Shown here: one piece after another, positions 21,332 to 30,902 of the stretch | Numbering within the stretch: the stretch's first letter is position 1 | Layout: the number at the start of each line of letters is the position of its first letter | DNA from: an uncultured Clostridium sp. | GTDB lineage: Bacteria; Bacillota_I; Bacilli_A; RF39; UBA660 | Length of the DNA: 45,259 nt | Direction of reading: 5' to 3' | Assembly (NCBI GenBank): GCA_964475905.1 | Contig: CAYYXX010000003.1 | Location: 1 to 45,259 of the forward strand | Notes under the pieces: generated by a model | The model's database searches: none | What the model saw: only the letters and a program-made list of their open reading frames with translations | What the model was told of the DNA's origin: nothing | Position numbers and translations under genes: made by a program

Positions 21332-21579
21332 CAATACCATTTCCTTTCTATTCAATTATCTCTACTTTTCTTCTACACTCATATTAATATTACCATAATT
21401 AATAAATAATTACAAGCATTTTATCAAAAAAAATTCTTACCTAAAACAAGTAAGAATTCTATATAAATAATAACTAATTATTATCTACATACATAGCTCA
21501 TATTATATATAAGTTTACAAAATTTAACTACCAAAACTAAAGATTATATAACAGATTTAATATTTCATCAATCTATCTT

Positions 21580-22491
21580 TTATAAATCAGCAAAATCTAA
21601 ATACTCAGCATATTTATAATCAATAATTTGCCCATTTTCAGTTTCTTTATAACCCCTAAATTTATGCGACCATTCACTAAGTTCATTAGCATTATAGCCC
21701 TTTAATTTATTTTTAACAAAACTTAAATTTCTAAGTTCCTCTACTGTAAATATTCCCTCATCATATTGAGCATTTACCATAAAATTAGTACTAACATCAG
21801 TAAAATCTAGCTTAATATAATTATTTCTTAACATAAAATTATATAAATCATTTCTATTATCTACTACTGGCCCATAAGGTAAATGAGCATATTTTAAATT
21901 AGTTATAGAAGTGCCACAATCTTTATAATTATAAAAATCAATAGCAAATAAATTTTTCATAAGTGCTGTTTCACATAATTTATTATTTTTTAACATATAT
22001 AAAATAGTATTTATAGTTTTATAAAGTTCCCTAAATGGTAAAATATTAAGTATCTTATAATAATCTTCCTTAGAAAAATTATCCTTTTGTCTCTCAAGTA
22101 ACTTTACAATATAATATGGATTTTCATTTAAAATCATATAAGTATTTAAATACTCCCCTTGTGGTATTGAATCATCATTTTCATACCTAACAATACTTTT
22201 CTTAGACCATCCCAATATTCTAGAAAATAATTCTTGAGATAAATTCAAATTAATTCTTATTTCTTTTATTTTTTCAAAAGATAAATCAAACAATCCCAAA
22301 TAAGCATTATATATATTATACATATCATTATTAAGATTATCATTAAGTAATACAGAATCACAATAAGGACAATACCTTACTTCTTCACAAACCATAAAAT
22401 TCTTTCCACGATAAGTATAATTATTCTTCTCATTTCTTATTATAGGCTTAACATCTTTATCACACCCATAACAATATTCTAATCTTCCCAT
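21580..22491 (-). CDS. Antitoxin: MqsA-like Zn ribbon + XRE HTH + Panacea (DUF4065/SocA) domain
   Basis: CYGC...CPYC; IKEIR..LNLSQELFSRILGWSKKSIVRYEN; LMKNLFAIDF..Y...G.SIT...Y.HLPYGPV...LSEWSH. Confidence 0.85.
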   Translation of the reverse strand: MGRLEYCYGCDKDVKPIIRNEKNNYTYRGKNFMVCEEVRYCPYCDSVLLNDNLNNDMYNIYNAYLGLFDLSFEKIKEIRINLNLSQELFSRILGWSKKSIVRYENDDSIPQGEYLNTYMILNENPYYIVKLLERQKDNFSKEDYYKILNILPFRELYKTINTILYMLKNNKLCETALMKNLFAIDFYNYKDCGTSITNLKYAHLPYGPVVDNRNDLYNFMLRNNYIKLDFTDVSTNFMVNAQYDEGIFTVEELRNLSFVKNKLKGYNANELSEWSHKFRGYKETENGQIIDYKYAEYLDFADL

Positions 22492-22492
22492 C

Positions 22493-22861
22493 TTAATTAC
22501 CTCCATTATCTATATGAAACGATAGACACAAAAGTCCTCTGTTATTTATAGTTAATTTAATATATACTAATTTCCTATTTATTATTTTTTTAAACTCATA
22601 TATTTCAGTATTGTAGTCTCTCCTACTATCTCTATCCTTACTAATTCTAAAACAATTATCTAGTTTTAATTCTTTTACATGATCCCATATTTCTTTTTCT
22701 TTAACAATTCCAATATCCAATAGTGCTTGCCTAGCATTAACAATTTTATTATTATATTCTACACTTCTATAACCAACAAAATAAACATTGTTATTATCTA
22801 TTTCTTTATTAGCCATCTTTAAAAATGTATTAACTGCTGATAAATCTAAAGTACTAAGCAT
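22493..22861 (-). CDS. Type II toxin, MqsR/RelE-like ribonuclease
   Basis: 122 aa; YEFKK.I...LVYIKL.I......CLSFH C-terminal motif; upstream of the MqsA-like gene. Confidence 0.78.
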   Translation of the reverse strand: MLSTLDLSAVNTFLKMANKEIDNNNVYFVGYRSVEYNNKIVNARQALLDIGIVKEKEIWDHVKELKLDNCFRISKDRDSRRDYNTEIYEFKKIINRKLVYIKLTINNRGLLCLSFHIDNGGN

Positions 22862-22886
22862 GCACCCAACTCCTTCTTGCCATTAC

Positions 22887-22916
22887 ATTATAGCATGTTT
22901 TTAATATTAGTGTCAA
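22887..22916 (-). promoter_or_regulatory. Sigma-A promoter of the TA operon
   Basis: TTGACA-N18-TATAAT with TG extended -10; AAGGAG RBS downstream. Confidence 0.75.
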
Positions 22917-22941
22917 CTGTCTCTATATATTTTTTTTTATA

Positions 22942-22972
22942 AAAGATAGCACTATTTCGTAGCACTATCTTT
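22942..22972 (-). terminator. Intrinsic terminator after galE
   Basis: AAAGATAGTGCTA-cgaaa-TAGTGCTATCTTT (two G-U pairs on the minus strand). Confidence 0.65.
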
Positions 22973-22975
22973 AAC

Positions 22976-23974
22976 TTAATTTTTTATAACAAAATTATAG
23001 GCATCTCGTACCATATCTTCTATTTCATAGTTACTATGCCAATTTAATTTTTCTCTAGCATAACTAGCATCAGCATAACATGATGCTACATCACCTTTTC
23101 TTCTTTCCACTATTGTATATGGAACTTTAACATTATTTACCTTTTCAAAAGCATTAACAATTTCAAGTACACTATAACCATGTCCCGTACCTATATTAAA
23201 GGCATCAATACCCTCATTTTTAAAAGTCCATTCAATTGCTTTAATATGAGCTTTAGCTAAATCAACCACATGAATATAATCTCTAACACCAGTACCATCT
23301 ATCGTATCATAATCATTTCCATATACACTTAATTGTTTCAATTCCCCTGTTGCCACTTTAACAATATAAGGCATCAAATTATTAGGAATATCATTAGGAT
23401 TCTCTCCTATCAAGCCAGAAGGATGAGCACCTATTGGATTAAAATACCTAAGAAGTGCTACATTCCATTTATTATCTGATATGTATAAATCATGTAATAT
23501 TTTTTCATTTACTATTTTTGTTTCCCCATATGGATTAGTAGCATGCTTTATTTCTAAATTTTCAATTATAGGTAATATCTCTGGTATACCATATACCGTA
23601 GCACTAGAAGAAAACACAATATTTTTAACATTATATTTATTCATAACTTCACATAACGATAATGTACTTACAATATTATTTCTATAATACATAAGTGGTT
23701 TATCTACCGACTCACCTACAGCTTTATAACCCGCAAAATGAATAGTGGCACCTATACTATGCTTAGAAAATACTTCTTCTAACAATGTTTTATCACAGAC
23801 ATCTCCCTTATAGAAAATAAAATCTTTTCCTGTTATTTCTTTTATTTTATCAACTACTTCAATTTTAGAATTATATAGATTATCTATAACCACTACTTCA
23901 TATCCATTATTAAGTAATTCAACCACAGTATGGCTACCAATATAACCAATACCACCAGTAACTAATATTTTCAT
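22976..23974 (-). CDS. galE: UDP-glucose 4-epimerase
   Basis: ILVTGGIGYIGSHT, HFAGYKAVGES, FSSSATVYG, PYGETK, LRYFNPIGAH, RDYIHVVDLA. Confidence 0.97.
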   Translation of the reverse strand: MKILVTGGIGYIGSHTVVELLNNGYEVVVIDNLYNSKIEVVDKIKEITGKDFIFYKGDVCDKTLLEEVFSKHSIGATIHFAGYKAVGESVDKPLMYYRNNIVSTLSLCEVMNKYNVKNIVFSSSATVYGIPEILPIIENLEIKHATNPYGETKIVNEKILHDLYISDNKWNVALLRYFNPIGAHPSGLIGENPNDIPNNLMPYIVKVATGELKQLSVYGNDYDTIDGTGVRDYIHVVDLAKAHIKAIEWTFKNEGIDAFNIGTGHGYSVLEIVNAFEKVNNVKVPYTIVERRKGDVASCYADASYAREKLNWHSNYEIEDMVRDAYNFVIKN

Positions 23975-23983
23975 AACTTCCTC

Positions 23984-25258
23984 CTAAGTAAGTATTTGTG
24001 CAAGACCATTAACTGTTGTAGTATTATATATTACATATCTTGGCACTTTAAATTTATTTACATTCTTAGTAACTTTACTATTACCACCTTTTAAAGCCAT
24101 AGTAAATCCAGCTTCTTTTAATGCTTCGATTGCATGACCATTATATTCATAAAACGGATAACAAAAATACGTTGTATTATTTAAATTTTCTCTGCTCTTC
24201 TTTAAATCTTCAACTAGTCTATTTTTATCATAACATAAAAGAGCTGACCTTCCTTCACTACACTCACTAATGTTATGTAAATCCCAAGTATGAGAATGAA
24301 GTTCCAAATTATCAGAAGCATAGTCACTAACTGGAGCTAATGAACCAATTAAAAACAAAGTTCCCATAACATTATACTTTTCTAATATAGGTATTACCCT
24401 ATAAACAAACCAGCCATCATCAATAGTAATAGCAACTGACTTTTTAGGTAAATTTATCTTACCATCAATAAACATTTCTAATTCCTTCATTGTTATTGTA
24501 TAAAAACCATTTTCAGAAATATATTTCATATGACTATCAAATTGAGTATCAGTATGACATATAGAAGAAGGTTCACAAAGCTTATCCTCACCTGCTTCTA
24601 TATTTATAACAAAATGATAGTTGAGTACAGAAACATCATTTGCTATTTCATCACTACTATTTAATTCCTCTACAACATTGCATTCGTTCTTATAAATATA
24701 CACAAGTTTATTATCAAAAGTAATATAATATTTATCTTCATCATCAATAATTATAGGCCTTTTTTCTTCATTATCTATTACATAATAAGTATTTTCATCA
24801 ACATAAAGTTTTACTTTTTCATTAATAATAGCACTTCTATTAAATGGAATATAATTATCATATCTATTATTACCTTTTATTTCTTCCGTTTTAACAATAT
24901 CAGTATATTTAATATACAGATCAGAAAACCTCAGTTTAAAATATTCCTTGTCATAATTATCGGAAATAGTATCAAGTACTAAATACATGCCTTTAGTAAC
25001 ATTACCAATTTCATTTCCATTAACATCATATAGCAAACATTCCTTATTTGTTATAACGTATTCATTATAACTCGCCTTAATTTTTTCTAACCTTTCTGTC
25101 TTTTCAATTTCTATTTTTTTCATATATTGACTTTGAAAATGATCATATAAAAACATCCCACCAATTATAAGCAGTAACAAGCTAAAAATTAAGATCATTA
25201 TTTTTTTTCCTTTAGCATTTTTTCGCACGTCGAGTAAACGATTTCCATTCTCTTTCAT
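23984..25258 (-). CDS. Membrane-anchored polysaccharide deacetylase (CE4, IcaB-like); 3' exon of an intron-interrupted gene
   Basis: VLNYH, ITIDDG, HSHTWDLH, CYPFY, VPR; the first 10 codons (25229-25258) are intron sequence; spliced form is join(27192-27194, 23984-25228). Confidence 0.88.
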   Translation of the reverse strand: MKENGNRLLDVRKNAKGKKIMILIFSLLLLIIGGMFLYDHFQSQYMKKIEIEKTERLEKIKASYNEYVITNKECLLYDVNGNEIGNVTKGMYLVLDTISDNYDKEYFKLRFSDLYIKYTDIVKTEEIKGNNRYDNYIPFNRSAIINEKVKLYVDENTYYVIDNEEKRPIIIDDEDKYYITFDNKLVYIYKNECNVVEELNSSDEIANDVSVLNYHFVINIEAGEDKLCEPSSICHTDTQFDSHMKYISENGFYTITMKELEMFIDGKINLPKKSVAITIDDGWFVYRVIPILEKYNVMGTLFLIGSLAPVSDYASDNLELHSHTWDLHNISECSEGRSALLCYDKNRLVEDLKKSRENLNNTTYFCYPFYEYNGHAIEALKEAGFTMALKGGNSKVTKNVNKFKVPRYVIYNTTTVNGLAQILT

Positions 25259-27191
25259 ATTTTTCCTCTTTTCTTTAATCTTTCATTTGTGAGGGTGAAA
25301 GAAAACTATCGCTCCTCACAGAACCGTACGTGCGTCTTTCTCGCATACGGCTCTTTGTAATAATCTTTGAAACTACCAAAGTTGAAAACTAATTTTAGGT
25401 TTAATTATTGGATTATATTTCATAATTCCATCTAACTTGGACCAACTAATTTTTCCTCTTTGACTTCTTCTGCTTAACCATTTCTTTAGTACTTTTATTA
25501 CAAAGTTGTATATATTACTTAACCATCTAAAGTTTCCACTGATACCATAATAATTATATAGTCCTGTTAACTTCTTATTTAATTGTTTTATTAAATCTTC
25601 TGGTTTTGTTGTTCTATTTATCTTAACAAAATCTAGTATTGCTTTATACTTTAGTTTTGACTTTTTCTTAGATGTTACACAATCAACTTTGTAATATCCA
25701 TTTCTAGTTTTACCATTTGAAATGGTAAATCCTAGAAAGTCAAATGTGTTATTTTCTTTTGAGTTTCTACCAAATGAGAATATCTTTGTTTTAGTCGGTT
25801 CAACTTCTAAGTTGAACTGTGCAAACCTTTTAATCAACATTTGATAAAACATTTTAGCATCTTCTTCATATTGAAACATACCTACAAAGTCATCTGCATA
25901 ACGAACTAGTTCTGCAGTTCCTTTGCATAACTTTCTGAATTCCTTATCAAACCAATTATCTAATACAACATGTAAGTATAGATTAGCAAGTATTGGAGAG
26001 ATTACCCCACCTTGTGGTGTTCCCTCTTCGGTTTCCTTATATTCATTATTTTGCGTATATCCTGCTTTTAGGAAACGCCTAATAAGTTCGATAAAATCTC
26101 TATCTTTTATTACTACTTTAAGCATTCTTAATAATATTTCGTGGTCTACATTATCAAAGAAACCCTTTATATCTGCTTCAACTATATAGTTTACTTTTTC
26201 ATTCATTATAGTTTTATCTATTTTATTTATTGCTTGATGACAACTGCGATTTGGTCTAAATCCATATGAGAAGTCTTTAAAGTATCTTTCAAATATTGCA
26301 TTTAATATTTCAGCCATTCTTGCTTGCACCAATTTATCTTCATAACTTGGTATTCCAAGTGGTCTTGTTTTACCATTTGCTTTTGGTATTTCTACTCTTC
26401 TTACAGGTAATGGTCTATATTTATGCACTTTCATTCTTTCTACAAGTTTCTCCAAATTATCTTTTGCATTTATGCTATATTGTGCCTTATCAATTTTATC
26501 AATTCCTGTTGCTTTAAAGCCATCTTGTTTTTCATGTAGTTTATATAAACTATGAGCGTCAATATATCGCATTAGACCTTGCACATTTGAATATTTATCT
26601 AGTTGCTTATTTATTTGTTTCTCCATATCTGAATATTGTTTTAGCATTTTATCCCACCTCTCTGTGTGTATTTTCTGTTCCTTATTCAGAAACGATTATT
26701 ACACTAATCCCTTTGCTCCATAACCTACCACATTATATCATCGCTACTATGGATTAGTCCGACTTCTTATAAATCATTTATAAACCTCTAGTTTTACCTA
26801 TCTTTAAGACCTCACAGCCAGTTTATATTAAACCTTAATATTGGTGTTTTAAACCTTCAATATATTGGAATTTATAAGACCTCACGGGTATCGTAATTGT
26901 ATTATGTTTCTCTCGAAATATTCTAAAGACCCCGATGGAACCTACACATTCTTGTCATTATCGTTTGTGTATTGCTGCCTACTATGTATATGAGCATATC
27001 GGCTTCCATTTGATGTGATTAACGAGGCTCAATATCTTAGGGCGGTGTCGCACCTATTCCTCTAGAAACTCCTAACTCCAACGCTTAAACCTAATCTCAC
27101 GATTTCGGCTCCATGGGTTAGTACTAACTCCTGACCTGGTTTATTAGGTTGGTTAATCTCCAACTATACAACTATGACCGAACCGTCGCAC
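25229..27191 (-). mobile_element. Complete group II intron (1963 nt, IIB-like, RT without endonuclease domain)
   Basis: 5' end GTGCG at 27191; domain V GAGCCGTATGCGAGAAAGACGCACGTACGGTTC (25353-25321); domain VI GAG-GAGCGAT...ATCGTTT-A-CTC-GAC with bulged A and AC end at 25229; candidate EBS1 TATACA (26990-26985) pairs with exon end TGTATG. Confidence 0.92.
25373..26647 (-). CDS. ltrA: Group II intron reverse transcriptase/maturase
   Basis: RRVEIPK.NGKTRPLGIP..EDKLVQ, SYGFRPNRS, ADIKGFFDNVDH, GTPQGGVISPILAN, RYADD, FDFLGF, X domain; no HNH domain. Confidence 0.96.
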   Translation of the reverse strand: MLKQYSDMEKQINKQLDKYSNVQGLMRYIDAHSLYKLHEKQDGFKATGIDKIDKAQYSINAKDNLEKLVERMKVHKYRPLPVRRVEIPKANGKTRPLGIPSYEDKLVQARMAEILNAIFERYFKDFSYGFRPNRSCHQAINKIDKTIMNEKVNYIVEADIKGFFDNVDHEILLRMLKVVIKDRDFIELIRRFLKAGYTQNNEYKETEEGTPQGGVISPILANLYLHVVLDNWFDKEFRKLCKGTAELVRYADDFVGMFQYEEDAKMFYQMLIKRFAQFNLEVEPTKTKIFSFGRNSKENNTFDFLGFTISNGKTRNGYYKVDCVTSKKKSKLKYKAILDFVKINRTTKPEDLIKQLNKKLTGLYNYYGISGNFRWLSNIYNFVIKVLKKWLSRRSQRGKISWSKLDGIMKYNPIIKPKISFQLW

Positions 27192-27207
27192 CATACAATT
27201 TCACTCC

Positions 27208-29007
27208 TCAAAAATTATTCTTACTAAAATATTTATCATCATCCAATTTATTACGCCATTTTTCTATCATATATTCTTCCTCATTTTTGAATCTTTCTTG
27301 CTTTTCTTTAGTAACTTCATAGCCTCGACTTCTGGATTCATAGTGAAACATTTCAACATTAGATAAACATACATTATAATATCCTTTTTCCAATACTTTC
27401 AAACATAAATCAACATCATTTAAAGCCACTTTAAGATTTTCATCAAAGCCACCAACTTCCAAAAACTTACTCTTTTTAATCAACATACAAGCTGCCGTTA
27501 CTGCTGTATAATCATATGGCATTGTAAGTCTCCCAAACAATCCCACATCATTATAATCATATGGAACAAATACATGCCCCGCAATACCACCATAACCCAA
27601 AACCACACCAGCATGTTGTACTTTTCTATCAGAAAATAACAATTTTATACCTACACATCCAACATGTTCTTGACAAGCATATCCAACCATTTCATCTAAG
27701 AAACAACCATCTGCTACTTCAGTATCATTATTTAAAAATAATATGTACTCACCAGTAATTTCCTTCACTGCCATATTATTTAAATATGAATAATTAAACT
27801 CACCATCAATTTTTATTACCTTGAAATTATCATAAATATTCTTATAAAAACTTAATACTTCAAAGGTTTCTTCTTCCACACTACCATTATCTATTACAAT
27901 TATTTCAAAATTTTCATAATTCATTTTTTTATATAAAGACTCTAAACAAACCTTTGTAATTTTCGATTTATCTTTCATTGGAATTATTATAGAAACTTTA
28001 GGATTATTATGCTTGTATTTTACCAAATAGGTACTAACTTTAGGATTATCATACACCTCAGCGCATATACTTCTTCTTTTAAAAGTATCTTCCAAAGCTC
28101 TCTTACCAGCAATATAAGCATATGATTTATTGCCCAAATATCCCGCCGTAGAAGTACTTGTTTGTCTCCAATGATATAACACTTTGGGCACATGATAGAT
28201 ATTATTAGTAACGTCAGCAACTCTTAAAAACAAATCATAATCTTGACTACCGTCATACTCACTACGAAAGCCACCAACTTTATCAATAATTTTTTTTCTA
28301 ATTGCAGTTAAATGACAAATATAATTCAAGCAAAAAAATGTATCTGGGGACCAGTCAGGTTTAAAATGTGGTTCCATTCTATTACCATTATAATCAAGTT
28401 TATCTTCATCAGAATATAACATATCTATTTTTTTATTTTTATTTAATGCCTCCACAAAATAATACAATGCATCTTTTTCTATTGTATCATCATTATCAAC
28501 TAGAACAACAAATTCACCCTTAGCCATTTTTATAGCATCATTACTTGCATTAGATATCATACCATTTTCTTTACGATATACCACTTTAATTTTTTTATTC
28601 TTTTCATAATCTTTTAATGTTTTAATCGTTTCCTCATTAGTTGAATGATCATCAGCTATACATATTTCAAAATTATCATAACTTTGATTTAATAATGAAT
28701 CAATGCATTCTCTAAGTAACTCACTAGGAGCATTATATACCGGTACAATAAAAGACATAAGAGGATTATATTTAAACCTTTGATAATTTATTTCTTCTTT
28801 ATTATCATTTATCCATTTCAAATATGCTTTTTGATTAGTATATAGATTCGAAACACTATTCCCTCTCTTTAATACTACTATAAAAGACTTTATATATTTT
28901 TTCATAGCACTAGGTGGTATAAGAAAATGATGCCTATGCCAAGCAAAATATATAGATTTTTTAACAAGTCTTATAAACTTTTCAACTTTTGATAATATTT
29001 TTTTCAT
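27208..29007 (-). CDS. Two-domain GT2 glycosyltransferase
   Basis: SFIVPVYN..DDHS..DNDD..YSDED..FKPDW and second domain VSIIIP..IDNGS..LNND..HAG..VTAAC..NDVDLCL. Confidence 0.92.
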   Translation of the reverse strand: MKKILSKVEKFIRLVKKSIYFAWHRHHFLIPPSAMKKYIKSFIVVLKRGNSVSNLYTNQKAYLKWINDNKEEINYQRFKYNPLMSFIVPVYNAPSELLRECIDSLLNQSYDNFEICIADDHSTNEETIKTLKDYEKNKKIKVVYRKENGMISNASNDAIKMAKGEFVVLVDNDDTIEKDALYYFVEALNKNKKIDMLYSDEDKLDYNGNRMEPHFKPDWSPDTFFCLNYICHLTAIRKKIIDKVGGFRSEYDGSQDYDLFLRVADVTNNIYHVPKVLYHWRQTSTSTAGYLGNKSYAYIAGKRALEDTFKRRSICAEVYDNPKVSTYLVKYKHNNPKVSIIIPMKDKSKITKVCLESLYKKMNYENFEIIVIDNGSVEEETFEVLSFYKNIYDNFKVIKIDGEFNYSYLNNMAVKEITGEYILFLNNDTEVADGCFLDEMVGYACQEHVGCVGIKLLFSDRKVQHAGVVLGYGGIAGHVFVPYDYNDVGLFGRLTMPYDYTAVTAACMLIKKSKFLEVGGFDENLKVALNDVDLCLKVLEKGYYNVCLSNVEMFHYESRSRGYEVTKEKQERFKNEEEYMIEKWRNKLDDDKYFSKNNF

Positions 29008-29028
29008 AAGTTTTCCTCCATTTTTTAC

Positions 29029-29690
29029 TTAAATCCAATAGCTTTTTACAATTACATTAAGCATATAAAAAGTTATTACAATATAATATATAATTTGTAT
29101 AATAACGAGTACTTTCTTTTTATCTTTTATTTTAATATTTAAGTTAATTGGTATAATAAATAATGGTATAATGGGTATAAAATATCTATCTTGTACTCCT
29201 AATATACAATCTAATAATGAAATATAATTACTATAATCTTTAATACTAAAACCTGCTGTATCTGTTCCCAAATACCGAAATGTCCAATCAAATAAAGATA
29301 TAAAATATTACTGCCAAAGTTTCTGAAAGGGGGGGTAATCGCTAATATAATAGGAAGATTTAATATTTCTGATATTATTATTCCTATAGACTGTGGAAGG
29401 TATTTTATTATATGTATATCAATCTTTTTTATATTATGAATTATATTTAACTTTTGATTTAAATTAATATAATTTTCTATATTAACTTTTTATCATAGTT
29501 TTTAATTATACGCGTTGTATCACCATAATTATTATTTTTATCATTAAACTCTATTTTGTATCCTAAATATGAATTTAAACTATTTATATGTACTTCTTCA
29601 TCTGGCATTTGATATAATGGTATTAGTATTGAAAATACAAAACCTAAAAATAAAGATAAGAAAATACATATTTTATAAATTTTTTAATTT
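29029..29690 (-). pseudogene. Decayed DUF2142 (GT-C, GacL-like) paralogue with frameshifts and a large internal deletion
   Basis: Frame-broken fragments FSILIPLYQMPDEEVHIN, GDTTRII, YLPQSIGIIISEILNLPII, ETLAVIFY, ISLFDW, GVQDRYFIPIIP..YWI are collinear with the intact gene at 37329-39365; 5' limit approximate. Confidence 0.82.
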
Positions 29691-29693
29691 TTC

Positions 29694-30833
29694 CTACTTC
29701 CTAAATATATTTTTATATTTATTAACTATAATTTCCCAAGTAAAATTATTTTCAATTATGTTTTTTGCTTTTTTACCTAAAGATTTTTTATCAAAACTTC
29801 CTGCATTATCAAGAATTTTTGTCAAACTTCCGTCTTTCTTAAAATATAGACAACTATCTTTACCAATATCTTTATTAAAATTAACATCATATAGTATATT
29901 TAAATTGGTAAGACTTAAAGCCTCCAATAGTGAAGGATTAGTTCCACCAACAGAATGACCATGTATATACCCATAAGAATTTTTTCTTATTACACTTAAT
30001 TTTTTCTCATCATATACTCCATCAATAAACTTAATCCTTTTATCAGTTAAGCAATTAGTCTTAGAAATAACATCATTATAATAATTAGACGAAGATAAAT
30101 TAGATATAATCACCAATTCTTTATTAATATTTGATTTCATAAACTCATTTAACACTAATTCATAATTATTTTCTGGAACAAATCTTCCTACCATTAATAA
30201 ATAATTGTTCTTTTTTAAACCGTATTCCAATAATACACTTTTTTCATCTATATTACTTATATCCACTTTATCTGTACCATAAGCTATATATATAGTTTTA
30301 TTTCTTAAAGATGGATATTTTAAATCAATATATTTTTTAATGCCTTTAGCATCACATACAATTATATTACAATTAAATAACATCCATTTTTCACTTAGTA
30401 AAAAGAATTTCTTTACCGAATATCCCCATTTACTCCTTTCATGTTCTAATCCATCTGGATTCACTAAAGTAATAATTCCTAGTTTTTTTAATTCATTTTT
30501 ATATATTTTTAAAAACGGTCCTAGTTTTAATCCTAAGATATAAATATAAGCATTTTTTATATTATTATCCTCTATATATTTAACGTAATACTTAAATGCT
30601 TTAATAGTACAAAGAAGCATTTTTAGTCCACCATTTTGTTTTATACAAAATGAATCTAGCACTATATTATCATTTATTTTATTATTTAAAACATCTTTAT
30701 TTTCAGATAAACCGCTTATATGAAATAATACATTGTTATCATTATAATTATCTACTAGTTTTGTTACAAATGTTTCCCAGCCTCCATATTTGGCTTTATA
30801 GCCTCTTGAACCTATTATAAAAATATGTTTCAT
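29694..30833 (-). CDS. Rhamnosyltransferase, RgpA/WchF-like (DUF1972 + GT4)
   Basis: HIFIIGSRG..AKYGGWETFV, VNPDGLEHERSKW, GRFVPENN, HGHSVGGTNPSLLEAL. Confidence 0.9.
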   Translation of the reverse strand: MKHIFIIGSRGYKAKYGGWETFVTKLVDNYNDNNVLFHISGLSENKDVLNNKINDNIVLDSFCIKQNGGLKMLLCTIKAFKYYVKYIEDNNIKNAYIYILGLKLGPFLKIYKNELKKLGIITLVNPDGLEHERSKWGYSVKKFFLLSEKWMLFNCNIIVCDAKGIKKYIDLKYPSLRNKTIYIAYGTDKVDISNIDEKSVLLEYGLKKNNYLLMVGRFVPENNYELVLNEFMKSNINKELVIISNLSSSNYYNDVISKTNCLTDKRIKFIDGVYDEKKLSVIRKNSYGYIHGHSVGGTNPSLLEALSLTNLNILYDVNFNKDIGKDSCLYFKKDGSLTKILDNAGSFDKKSLGKKAKNIIENNFTWEIIVNKYKNIFRK

Positions 30834-30902
30834 AATATCAACTTCTTTCTTTTTTATTATACAATATAAAGAGAAAAAAAACCATATATTAATGGCTATT
30901 TT

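Noticed and set aside
25289-25295. Intron 3' end at ...CCCTCAC (25289)
   Set aside because: This gives a poor domain VI helix and a spliced product of ATG AAA TGA. The site at 25229 gives a canonical bulged-A helix and restores the reading frame.
25373-26647. RT as a retron, DGR or defence-associated RT
   Set aside because: It has a maturase X domain, canonical domain V/VI and a GTGCG start; no template/variable repeat pair was seen.
27044-27054. Second GTGCGAC inside the intron as a nested intron start
   Set aside because: Only one domain V/VI and one RT are present; it is most simply part of domain I.
29029-29271. 80-aa ORF as a stand-alone gene
   Set aside because: It is the C-terminal fragment of the DUF2142 pseudogene and has no RBS.
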